Translations under genes and position numbers: made by a program
NCBI GenBank assembly: GCA_963737155.1
Contig: CAVTRN010000001.1
Location: forward strand, 736,001-800,000
Source: Nitrospirota bacterium
GTDB taxonomy: Bacteria > Nitrospirota > UBA9217
Direction of reading: 5' to 3'
Length of the DNA: 64,000 nucleotides
Shown here: positions 9,724-18,700 of the stretch, in pieces
Layout of the letters: the number at the start of each line of letters is the position of its first letter
How positions within the stretch are numbered: the stretch's first letter is position 1
Notes under the pieces: generated by a model
What the model saw: the letters and a program-made list of their open reading frames with translations, nothing else
Database searches by the model: none
Told to the model about the DNA's origin: nothing

Positions 9724-11030
9724 GGTTCTTTCTCATCTCAAGTGGGTAGTCCGACCTTGCCGTAGTCGAGCTTACCAGTAAGCATGTAGATAATCGTCGA
9801 GAAGTTCTTGAAAGTACGGTATCCTCGTGCCTTCGACTTTGCTGCCTGAACCAAACTATTTAGGCCTTCGAGAATTCCATTGTTTACTTTGCTCTCAAAC
9901 CATCTTACAACACCCGACCAATGGTTCTTGATCGTCTTAGCTGCTTCAACGATTTGCGGTATTCTGCAATGGGTCGCCCAAAAATACCATTTCCTCAGTG
10001 CTCGCCCGAATGTCTCGCTGTCACACTCTTTATAAATATCCTGAAAGTTCTCTCGGATATGTAGCGCCCGCACTGTCTTCAGGTTCAATCGCGGCTGCGA
10101 TTCTATCGCCCGAAGTGATTCGCTTTGATTGTCTGTTAAATTCGCCCTGTTTTTTAAAAAAAGGTACTTGTGGCCGCGGAGAATATCCTGTCCTCTCGAC
10201 TCTATTTTTCTCACTTCATCTACGGCTTTGTTGATAATCTTCATCACATGAAACTTATCAAACGTGATTTGCGCGTTCTTAAAATTATCTTCCACTCCCT
10301 TAATGAATGCCGGGGACATATCTATACTCACATCCGTTATATTCTCCGGTTCACCACCGTGTTCGCGCAAATCTTGTGTACATGCGACTACCGTCTCCGA
10401 TCCTTTGCCTTCGGCCACAAAGATCGTTCTCTTCTCGTCCAGGTCGACAAAGAGGGAGACATAATCATGCCCTTTGCACTTGGACGTTTCATCCGTCCCG
10501 AGTCGCGTTACTTCTGAATAATCCTCTTCTTGACGTGCAGCCTCAACATAGTGCCGCATCATCCGCCAGAGTTTGTTATCATCAACCCCAATAATCCGTG
10601 ACACGGTGTTGACTGGCATCTCCCGACATAACGTCATAGCAAACGATTCAAACAGAAGGGTGAAATCCGCATCTGCTCGCGCCCACGGCGCATCTACACG
10701 TAAGGGGCCGTCTTGAGGACAGTCCGTTCGTGGCATTCGTACCCGTAAATAACACTCGTATTGAAAAAAGTTCAGGTGCCGCCATGTCTTTATCTTCGTA
10801 TCGTATGCTGTAACCAACTTGCCACAACGGGGACAAGGGAAAAGGCTCCCTTCCGGAAAATCAAGGTCAATATACAGGTGCTTCACATTTTCCTGAAAGT
10901 CAATCCTGGTGATTTTCCAAGGTGATTCAACTTTAAGCGCCTTCTCAAAAAGTGATTCCGGTATCTGCATAGAAGCCCTCCTTTTCGTGGCCTCTACTAT
11001 ACCATTACCCACTTAGTTTGAGAAGGAACC
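9724..11030 (-). mobile_element. ISL3-family insertion sequence (copy B), complete
   Basis: IRs GGTTCTTTCTCATCTCAAGTGGGT (9724-9747) and ACCCACTTAGTTTGAGAAGGAACC (11007-11030). 8-bp TSD GTTTTTAA at 9716-9723 and 11031-11038. Confidence 0.95.
9738..10970 (-). CDS. ISL3-family transposase
   Basis: CPRCG, WRHLNFFQY, GTDETS, DMSPAF, FDKFHV and NGILEGLNSLVQAAKSKARGY motifs; AGGAGG before ATG 10970. Confidence 0.95.
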   Translation of the reverse strand: MQIPESLFEKALKVESPWKITRIDFQENVKHLYIDLDFPEGSLFPCPRCGKLVTAYDTKIKTWRHLNFFQYECYLRVRMPRTDCPQDGPLRVDAPWARADADFTLLFESFAMTLCREMPVNTVSRIIGVDDNKLWRMMRHYVEAARQEEDYSEVTRLGTDETSKCKGHDYVSLFVDLDEKRTIFVAEGKGSETVVACTQDLREHGGEPENITDVSIDMSPAFIKGVEDNFKNAQITFDKFHVMKIINKAVDEVRKIESRGQDILRGHKYLFLKNRANLTDNQSESLRAIESQPRLNLKTVRALHIRENFQDIYKECDSETFGRALRKWYFWATHCRIPQIVEAAKTIKNHWSGVVRWFESKVNNGILEGLNSLVQAAKSKARGYRTFKNFSTIIYMLTGKLDYGKVGLPT

Positions 11031-11220
11031 GTTTTTAAAAATTAAAAAAATGATCAAAGATCAAATCTAAACACAATTGATTAAAAAGTAGAAAAAACCA
11101 TTATTTCGAATTTCCCTCCTGCCTGGAGATTTGAATTTTTCAAATGAATTCTTTTTGTTACCGTATCAATCCACCCCTTTCCCGTGCCCGTCGCTTTCAG
11201 AAGATTAATATCCCTCTTGA

Positions 11221-11236
11221 TGTTCCACGTGGAACA
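11221..11236. promoter_or_regulatory. parS centromere site 1
   Basis: Perfect palindrome TGTTCCACGTGGAACA matching the bacterial parS consensus. Confidence 0.95.
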
Positions 11237-11336
11237 TCTCATTCATAACGATTTTTCCGTACGGAGTCCTCCGCAATATCCTTCAAGTTATAGGGCATAC
11301 TCTCCATGCCAAAATAGTCCCGAAAAATTCCATTCT

Positions 11337-11380
11337 TATGATGCCCATCATATGAAACCCCTGGCTTTCTCCCGTATAAT
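11337..11380 (+). promoter_or_regulatory. hcp promoter with CRP/FNR-family (HcpR-like) site
   Basis: TATGA-TGCCCA-TCATA palindrome (11337-11352), centred about 42 bp upstream of the start implied by TATAAT (11375-11380); class II activator geometry. Confidence 0.65.
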
Positions 11381-11437
11381 CCTGTCTCAACAAATGTAAA
11401 TAGAACCAAATCATGATCTCATACGAGGAGGCAATAT

Positions 11438-13126
11438 ATGTTTTGCTATCAATGTGAACAGGCGACAAATGGTAAAGGTTGCACAAAAATCGGTGTATGC
11501 GGCAAGGACCCCGAGTTGTCGGCGCTTCAAGACCTGCTGATTTACTCCCTGAAGGGGCTTTCACTTTATGCTGTAGAAGGAAGAAAGTTCGGGATAGTCA
11601 ATCAGGATGTGAACCTTTTTCTGACCAAAGGACTTTTTTCAACGCTTACGAACGTCGATTTTGATTCAAAACGATTTGAAAAGCTTATTCACAAAAGCTT
11701 TGAGCTCCGCGGAATTCTGAAAAAACAAGTCGAGGCAGTGGGAGGCAAGGCGGATTTTGCCCATGGGAGCGCTTCATACGTACCGGAGTTCTCTTATACA
11801 GGCCTGGTGAAGCAGGGAAGGCAGGTAGTGGAACGGGTGCCTGACACAGTGATCAATCCCGATATTCAGTCACTCCAGGATATTCTCTTGTTCGGCCTAA
11901 AAGGCATGGCCGCTTATGCGGACCATGCGGAAATCCTCGGAAAAACAGATGATTCAATCTACTCATTCATGGGCGAAGCCCTTGCGGCCATGACTGGGAC
12001 TGAGCGTGGTTTGAATGAATGGACTGAACTCGTTCTCAAATGCGGCGAGGTAAACCTCAAAACAATGGAGATTCTTGATGGAGCCAACACGGGCGCCTAC
12101 GGCCACCCGATGCCGACTCGGGTTCCACTCGGTGCAAAAAAGGGGAAGGCCATTCTCGTCTCCGGTCACGACTTGAAAGATTTAGAGATGATATTGAAAC
12201 AGAGTGAGGGCAAGGGGATCAATATTTATACCCACGGCGAAATGCTCCCAGCCCATGCTTATCCCAGCCTTAAGAAATATACTCACCTTTATGGGCACTA
12301 TGGTACCGCTTGGCAAAACCAGCATAAAGAGTTCTCACACTTTCCCGGGGCCATCGTCATGACCACCAACTGTCTCCAGAGGCCGTTGGCATTATATAAG
12401 GAAAACCTCTTTACCTGCGGCCTGGTCGGCTGGCCCGATATAGTTCACATAACAGATGGAAATTTCATGCCAGTCATTGAAAAGGCCCTTTCTCTTCACG
12501 GGTTCACAGAAGATACGCCGGGAAAAGAGGTCATGACAGGATTCGCGCGGAATTCTGTCCTCGGCGTGGCGGATAAGGTTATTGATGCTGTAAAAAAAGG
12601 TAAGATTCGGCACTTCTTCCTGGTCGGTGGATGCGACGGCGCAAAACCAGGCCGTAACTACTATACAGAGTTTGTTGAAAAGGCGCCGAAAGATACGATT
12701 GTGCTGACTTTGGCGTGCGGCAAGTTCCGGTTTTTCGATAAGGCGCTGGGAGACATAGGGGGTATCCCGCGCCTCCTCGATATCGGCCAGTGCAATGATG
12801 CCTATTCAGCTATTCAAATCGCTGTGGCCCTAGCAAAGGCATTCAATATCGGGGTGAACGACCTGCCGCTGTCGCTTGTCCTCTCATGGTATGAGCAGAA
12901 AGCCGTGGCGATTCTTCTGAGCCTGCTCCATCTGGGCATAAAGAATATCCGGCTCGGACCCACGCTTCCGGCTTTCATTACGCCCAATGTGCTTGATGTG
13001 CTCGTGAAGAACTTCAACATCAAGCCCATTGCCGAAAATCCCGAGGCCGATCTGGAGGAAATACTCGGACCCTGCTGGTCGAAAACAAAGGCTGAGTGCC
13101 TGGCGGCTGAGGAAGTGACTATGTAA
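11438..13126 (+). CDS. hcp: Hybrid cluster protein (hydroxylamine/NO reductase)
   Basis: MFCYQCEQ...GC...GVCGK, SGHDL, YTHGEMLPAH, GGCDG, LACGK, GQCNDAYS and SWYEQKAV motifs; GAGG RBS. Confidence 0.98.
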   Translation: MFCYQCEQATNGKGCTKIGVCGKDPELSALQDLLIYSLKGLSLYAVEGRKFGIVNQDVNLFLTKGLFSTLTNVDFDSKRFEKLIHKSFELRGILKKQVEAVGGKADFAHGSASYVPEFSYTGLVKQGRQVVERVPDTVINPDIQSLQDILLFGLKGMAAYADHAEILGKTDDSIYSFMGEALAAMTGTERGLNEWTELVLKCGEVNLKTMEILDGANTGAYGHPMPTRVPLGAKKGKAILVSGHDLKDLEMILKQSEGKGINIYTHGEMLPAHAYPSLKKYTHLYGHYGTAWQNQHKEFSHFPGAIVMTTNCLQRPLALYKENLFTCGLVGWPDIVHITDGNFMPVIEKALSLHGFTEDTPGKEVMTGFARNSVLGVADKVIDAVKKGKIRHFFLVGGCDGAKPGRNYYTEFVEKAPKDTIVLTLACGKFRFFDKALGDIGGIPRLLDIGQCNDAYSAIQIAVALAKAFNIGVNDLPLSLVLSWYEQKAVAILLSLLHLGIKNIRLGPTLPAFITPNVLDVLVKNFNIKPIAENPEADLEEILGPCWSKTKAECLAAEEVTM

Positions 13127-13149
13127 GTTTGCAATTACCCGTTTTATTT

Positions 13150-13183
13150 AGCAGGACGGAGTATTCCGTCCTGCTCTTTATTT
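13150..13183 (+). terminator. Rho-independent terminator after hcp
   Basis: AGCAGGACGGA-GTAT-TCCGTCCTGCT stem followed by a T-rich tail. Confidence 0.8.
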
Positions 13184-13192
13184 GTCCTTTAA

Positions 13193-13208
13193 TGTTCCAC
13201 GTGGAACA
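13193..13208. promoter_or_regulatory. parS centromere site 2
   Basis: Second perfect TGTTCCACGTGGAACA, 126 bp upstream of parA. Confidence 0.95.
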
Positions 13209-13334
13209 TCCACTAAGAATTCAGCCTTGAGAATTTCTCAATTCCCAGCTTCTCAATTTTCTCTTCCTTTTATGGCCATCCTATGGTAAATTAGTACGGT
13301 TCTGAACCGATCTATCGGAGGGTCCTGAAAAAGC

Positions 13335-14111
13335 ATGGGCAGAGTTATCGCAATTGCTAATCAGAAAGGCGGCGTAGGGAAAACCACTACCACCGTGAAC
13401 ATTGCGGCATCACTTGCCGCAGCGGAAAAAAAAGTGCTCCTTATCGACAGCGATCCCCAGGGCAATTCCACCAGCGGGATGGGTATCGACCGAAATGAGA
13501 TATCCGCCAGTACCTATGATCTTTTCACCGGGAAGAAAACTGTCGAAGAAATAAAAAAATCAACGCATTTTCCTTGGCTCGATGTGATTCCGGCAAAAAT
13601 CGACTTGGTGGGCGTCGAAGTTGAGCTCATCCCAATAATCTCACGCGAGCGGGTCCTGAAAAAAGCGCTCATGGAATTCAAAAAGGATTATGATTACGTT
13701 CTCATCGATTGTCCGCCGTCGCTTGGCCTCCTCACCGTAAACGCACTTACTGCCGCGGATGGCGTTCTCATTCCGGTGCAGTGCGAGTATTATGCGCTCG
13801 AAGGTCTGTCGGCGCTTACGAATACCATCACGCTCATTAAGCAGGACCTGAATCCCTCCCTTATCATCGAAGGCGTGCTTCTCACGATGTACGACAGCAG
13901 GAACAACCTTGCCGAGCAAGTTGCGCAGGAAGTGCGCAAATACTTTGGGTCCAAGGTATATACAACGATCATTCACCGGAACGTGGCTCTCTCCGAAGCG
14001 CCGAGCCACGGCAAGCCGGTGCTGTTGTACGACATCCGGTCCCGAGGCGCCCAAAGTTATCTTGAACTAGCGAGGGAGGTCATCAGCCATGCAAAAGCAG
14101 GCACTCGGTAA
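13335..14111 (+). CDS. parA: Chromosome partitioning ATPase ParA/Soj
   Basis: NQKGGVGKTTT, DSDPQGN, DCPPSLG and QCEYYALEG motifs. Confidence 0.98.
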   Translation: MGRVIAIANQKGGVGKTTTTVNIAASLAAAEKKVLLIDSDPQGNSTSGMGIDRNEISASTYDLFTGKKTVEEIKKSTHFPWLDVIPAKIDLVGVEVELIPIISRERVLKKALMEFKKDYDYVLIDCPPSLGLLTVNALTAADGVLIPVQCEYYALEGLSALTNTITLIKQDLNPSLIIEGVLLTMYDSRNNLAEQVAQEVRKYFGSKVYTTIIHRNVALSEAPSHGKPVLLYDIRSRGAQSYLELAREVISHAKAGTR

Positions 14112-14934
14112 GGGTCTTGGCGCGCTCATCCCGGACCTCTCCACGCTTGACGATAGAGATAAAAAAGCGCTCGGCATCACGGAAATAGAACTCGACAAAA
14201 TCATTCCAAACGAATACCAGCCGCGGAAGATTTTCAATGACGACAAACTAAAAGAGCTCGCCGCATCGATTAAGGAACAGGGTGTGATCCAGCCGGTCAT
14301 CGTGCACAAAGCAGGCACGGGCTATCAGCTCATTGCCGGCGAACGCAGGTGGCGCGCATCGCGTCTCGCGGGACTCAAGACCATACCATCGCTCGTCAAG
14401 GAGGCCACCAAGCGTGAGCTTCTCGAGATGGCGCTGATCGAGAACATCCAGCGCGAAGACCTGAATCCTCTCGAGGCTGCCGAAGCCTACAAACGGCTCC
14501 AGGACGAGTTCAAACTCACCCAAGAGGATCTCGCCAAACGGGTCGGTAAAGAGCGTTCAACGGTCACGAACTTCCTTCGCATTCTCCATCTACCGAAAGA
14601 GGTGAAGCAAGAGCTTGCATCAGGCGCGCTCAGTATGGGCCATGCAAAGGCGCTCCTGTCGCTTGAACGAGGCCGAGACCAGATTCTGGCTTCCGCATTG
14701 ATCGTGAAAAAAGGCCTGTCGGTCCGCGAAGCCGAAGCGCTGGCTTCAAGGCTTAAAGATCCGCCAAAACAGAATAAAATGAGCCAAAGTCAGGAGCTTC
14801 ATGCAATAGAGGAAAAACTGAAAAAATCACTGGGTACCAAGGTGAGCATCATTGCGAAAACCAAGGGTGGACGAATCGTGATTGAATACTACACGCCGGA
14901 AGAGCTGGATAGAATATTGGAAAAGATCGGATAA
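14089..14934 (+). CDS. parB: Chromosome partitioning protein ParB/Spo0J
   Basis: LGKGLGALI, QPR, AGERRWRA, ENIQREDLN and HTH motifs. Confidence 0.98.
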   Translation: MQKQALGKGLGALIPDLSTLDDRDKKALGITEIELDKIIPNEYQPRKIFNDDKLKELAASIKEQGVIQPVIVHKAGTGYQLIAGERRWRASRLAGLKTIPSLVKEATKRELLEMALIENIQREDLNPLEAAEAYKRLQDEFKLTQEDLAKRVGKERSTVTNFLRILHLPKEVKQELASGALSMGHAKALLSLERGRDQILASALIVKKGLSVREAEALASRLKDPPKQNKMSQSQELHAIEEKLKKSLGTKVSIIAKTKGGRIVIEYYTPEELDRILEKIG

Positions 14935-15201
14935 AATTATCAAATACTTTTTGACGTTAGACAAGATAGTGTTTAATGCAGCTTAAAAAAGCGACATGGA
15001 AACCTTAGTTTTTCAAAGTCTTATAAACATTGACTTTGTTTCGCTTCGCTCGCAATGATTGCATAAAGAAGTTATAGAAAGTTTCAACCCATAGTTCCGT
15101 GCCGAAAACCTACTTTTAACGAGGACATTGGAAAAAGGGGATTGTGAAATTCTATTTCGCAGTTTTAATTTTATTAATCTCATATCGAGGAGGATCCTCT
15201 T

Positions 15202-15597
15202 ATGTTAAAGAAAGGTTCCGGCACACCAGAACAGTCTGAGATCACAGCATTTTTGGGCAAAGGCACTGAATTCAAGGGCGTACTTAGTTTCGAAGGCACA
15301 ATTCGTGTTGACGGCAAAGTGGATGGGGAAATTGTTTCTAAAGACACTCTAATCGGCGGCGACGAATCGTTACTCCAAGGCGAGATTTCCATCGGTACGC
15401 TTATTTGCAGCGGCAAGATCGTGGGTAACGTCCATGCAATCCAAAAAGTGCACCTCCTTCCCCCGGCAAAAATCCAGGGGAATATCAAGACGCCCAAACT
15501 CATCATTGAGGAAGGCGTGATTTTCGATGGGAAATGCGAAATGGCTGGCGAGCAGAAAGTGGCTGAGAAGGTCGTATCGTTTTCCGACCGTAAGTGA
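15202..15597 (+). CDS. Bactofilin (polymer-forming cytoskeletal protein)
   Basis: Beta-helix pattern FLGKGTEFKG...IRVDGKVDGEI...IEEGVIFDGKCEM; GAGGAGG RBS. Confidence 0.92.
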   Translation: MLKKGSGTPEQSEITAFLGKGTEFKGVLSFEGTIRVDGKVDGEIVSKDTLIGGDESLLQGEISIGTLICSGKIVGNVHAIQKVHLLPPAKIQGNIKTPKLIIEEGVIFDGKCEMAGEQKVAEKVVSFSDRK

Positions 15598-15773
15598 TCC
15601 GACTACACCTCATTTCCGCTTATACTTATTATGGTGCTTGACAACCAGCTGCTCATATTCCTGCCCTGAAGAAACGGGGTCTTCAGTGGCAATGGCGCAG
15701 GTGATAACGATCCCGTATTTAAAGTTCCGTCGGACAGAGTTGTCCTGAAAAACTCTGTCGTACAAAAAATAAA

Positions 15774-18700
15774 ATGACCATTTTACGCCTTTACCGGACC
15801 CCGGCCCTTTCGCCATTCCAGACCGCAGACCTTCTCGCTTCCGCACAACAGAAGGTTTCCCCGGCGATCACCAGCATCGATTCCGAGTTTTGCTTCAACA
15901 TTGCGGCAGACCATACTCTTTCTCCCGACGAGCTGTGCCTGCTCCGCTGGCTCCTTGCCGAAACGTTTGAGCCTGAAAAATTTTCCAGCAGCAGTTTCTT
16001 AAACCCAAATCTCGAGCGCCAAACACTGAACTGTCTTTTTGAAGTCGGCCCCCGCATGAATTTCACCACTGCCTGGTCCACGAATGCTGTTTCTGTGTGC
16101 CATGCCTGCGGCCTCGTGAAAATAACAAGGATTGAACGCTCTCGCCGCTACCGACTAAATCTATCGAGACAGAACGCTCTTACCAAGAACCAGGCAAGAA
16201 TATTTCTTGCCCTGGTGCACGACCGCATGACCGAGTGCCCTTATCTGGAACCGATTAAAACCTTTGAAACGGGCATCAAACCCGAGCCCGTGCGCATTGT
16301 TCCACTCTTGGAGAAGGGGAGACCGGCGCTCGAAAAAATCAATCGTGAGATGGGACTCGGCCTCGATGACTGGGACCTCGATTATTACATGAACCTCTTT
16401 GTAAAGGACATCGGACGCAATCCCACCAATGTGGAATGCTTTGACCTTTCGCAGTCCAACAGCGAACATTCTCGGCACTGGTTCTTCCGAGGCAAACTCA
16501 TCATCGACGGCCGGGAAGTACCCGAGACTCTGATGATGATCGTGAAGGCCACCTACGAGGCGAACAGGAACAACAGCATTATTGCCTTCAGCGACAACTC
16601 GAGCGCAATAAGTGGATACTTCATTACAACGATCATTCCCGAAGCCATCGGAGAACCGTCGGCATTCCATGAGGCAAAAAGGAAATATCATATTATATTC
16701 ACCGCAGAAACGCATAATTTCCCGTCCGGCGTCGCCCCTTTCCCGGGTGCCGAAACCGGCACTGGCGGACGCATCCGCGACGTGCAGGCCACCGGCATCG
16801 GTGGCCTTGTTGTCGCGGGCACTGCTGCTTACTGTGTAGGCAATCTGAGGATCCCCGGGTACGACCTTCCCTGGGAAGATGCATCATATTCATATCCGAA
16901 TAATCTTGCTTCGCCCCTCCAGATCGAAGTCGAAGCAAGCAACGGAGCCTCCGATTATGGCAACAAGTTTGGTGAGCCGGTTATTCAGGGGTTTACGCGC
17001 TCCTTCGGTCTCAGGCTTCCCGATGGAGAGCGCCGCGAATGGCTCAAGCCCATCATGTTCAGCGGAGGTGTCGGCCAGATAGATTCAGGTCACGCGAAGA
17101 AAACGGAAGCGACGAAGGGGATGCTCGTTGTCAAGATCGGCGGTCCGGCCTATCGCATCGGCATAGGCGGTGGTGCAGCATCGTCCATGATCCAGGGAGA
17201 GAACATTGCCGAGCTCGACTTCAACGCCGTGCAGCGCGGAGACGCGGAGATGGAGCAGAAGCTGAACCGTGTAATACGCGCCTGCGTCGAGCTGGGTGAA
17301 AAAAATCCTATTCAAAGTATCCACGACCAGGGGGCGGGCGGTAATTGCAATGTGGTCAAGGAAATCGTCTATCCCGCGGGCGCGAAAATCCAGATCAGGA
17401 AAATCCAAGTCAACGACAATACAATGTCGGTCCTCGAAATCTGGGGCGCAGAATACCAGGAGCAGAACGCGCTCCTTTTAAAATCCGAGCATGAGGACCT
17501 GTTCAAGTCGCTTTGCGAACGGGAGAAAGTGCCCGTGGCGGTCATCGGGTTTGTCACCGGTGACGGCTTTATCGTGCTTTATGACGAATTCGATAGCTCC
17601 ATTCCGGAAAACCTCAAGCTTGCCAAAGTGCTCGGCGACATGCCGCAGAAAGTATTCAGGCTCGACAGGAAAAGAACATCTCTCAAGCCCCTTGAGCTGC
17701 CAAAAGACCTTACCGTGTTCCAGGCCCTTAACCGCGTACTCCGGCTGATCTCCGTTGGCTCCAAGCGCTTCCTCACGAACAAGGTTGACCGCTCAGTCAC
17801 CGGCCTTATCGCGCGTCAGCAGTGCGCTGGCCCGCTCCAGCTGGCCGTATCAGACGTCGCCGTAATCGCACAGTCCCACTTTGGCCTGACCGGCGCCGCG
17901 ATCTCGATTGGCGAGCAGCCTATCAAGGAACTGATCGACCCTGCGGCCATGGCCAGAATGAGCGTCGGCGAGGCGCTCACGAATATCGTCTGGGCCCCGG
18001 TGAGCGGTCTCAGCGATATCCGCTGTTCTGCAAACTGGATGTGGGCCCCCAAGCTTCCGGGCGAAGGTTCTCGGCTTTACGATGCCGCCGTTGCAATGCG
18101 GGATGTAATGATCGAATTCGGCATGGCGGTTGACGGCGGCAAGGACAGCCTTTCCATGGCGGCACGAGTCACGAATCCAGACAATTCAAGCGAGATCGTG
18201 AAGTCGCCCGGCACGCTCGTTATATCTGCTTATGTTACGTGTCCAGACATCGCCAAGACCGTCACCCCTGACCTCAAGGCACCGGGGAAAAGCAGGATTC
18301 TGTTTATCGATCTCGGCAATAGCCAAAACCGTCTCGGAGGATCTTCTCTTGCTCATGTCTTCAGCCAGATCGGTGACAAATCCCCGGACCTCGACGATCC
18401 CCAGCTGCTTATACGGACATTCAATGCTGTTCAACAACTGATCCGGGATGAGCTTATTCTAGCCGGCCATGACAGATCCGACGGCGGCCTGGCAACAACA
18501 TTGCTTGAAATGGCCTTTTCGGGAAATTGCGGTATAGAAATCGATCTTGGCAGGCAAAATGACGCTATTGCTGCCCTCTTCTCCGAAGAGCTCGGCCTCG
18601 CGATTGAATATCTCCCGAAGAACGAGAATGCTATATTCTCCCTTCTTGAGAACGCTGCGATACCTTATCAGGTAATAGGCAAAACCACGCCGGAAAAACT

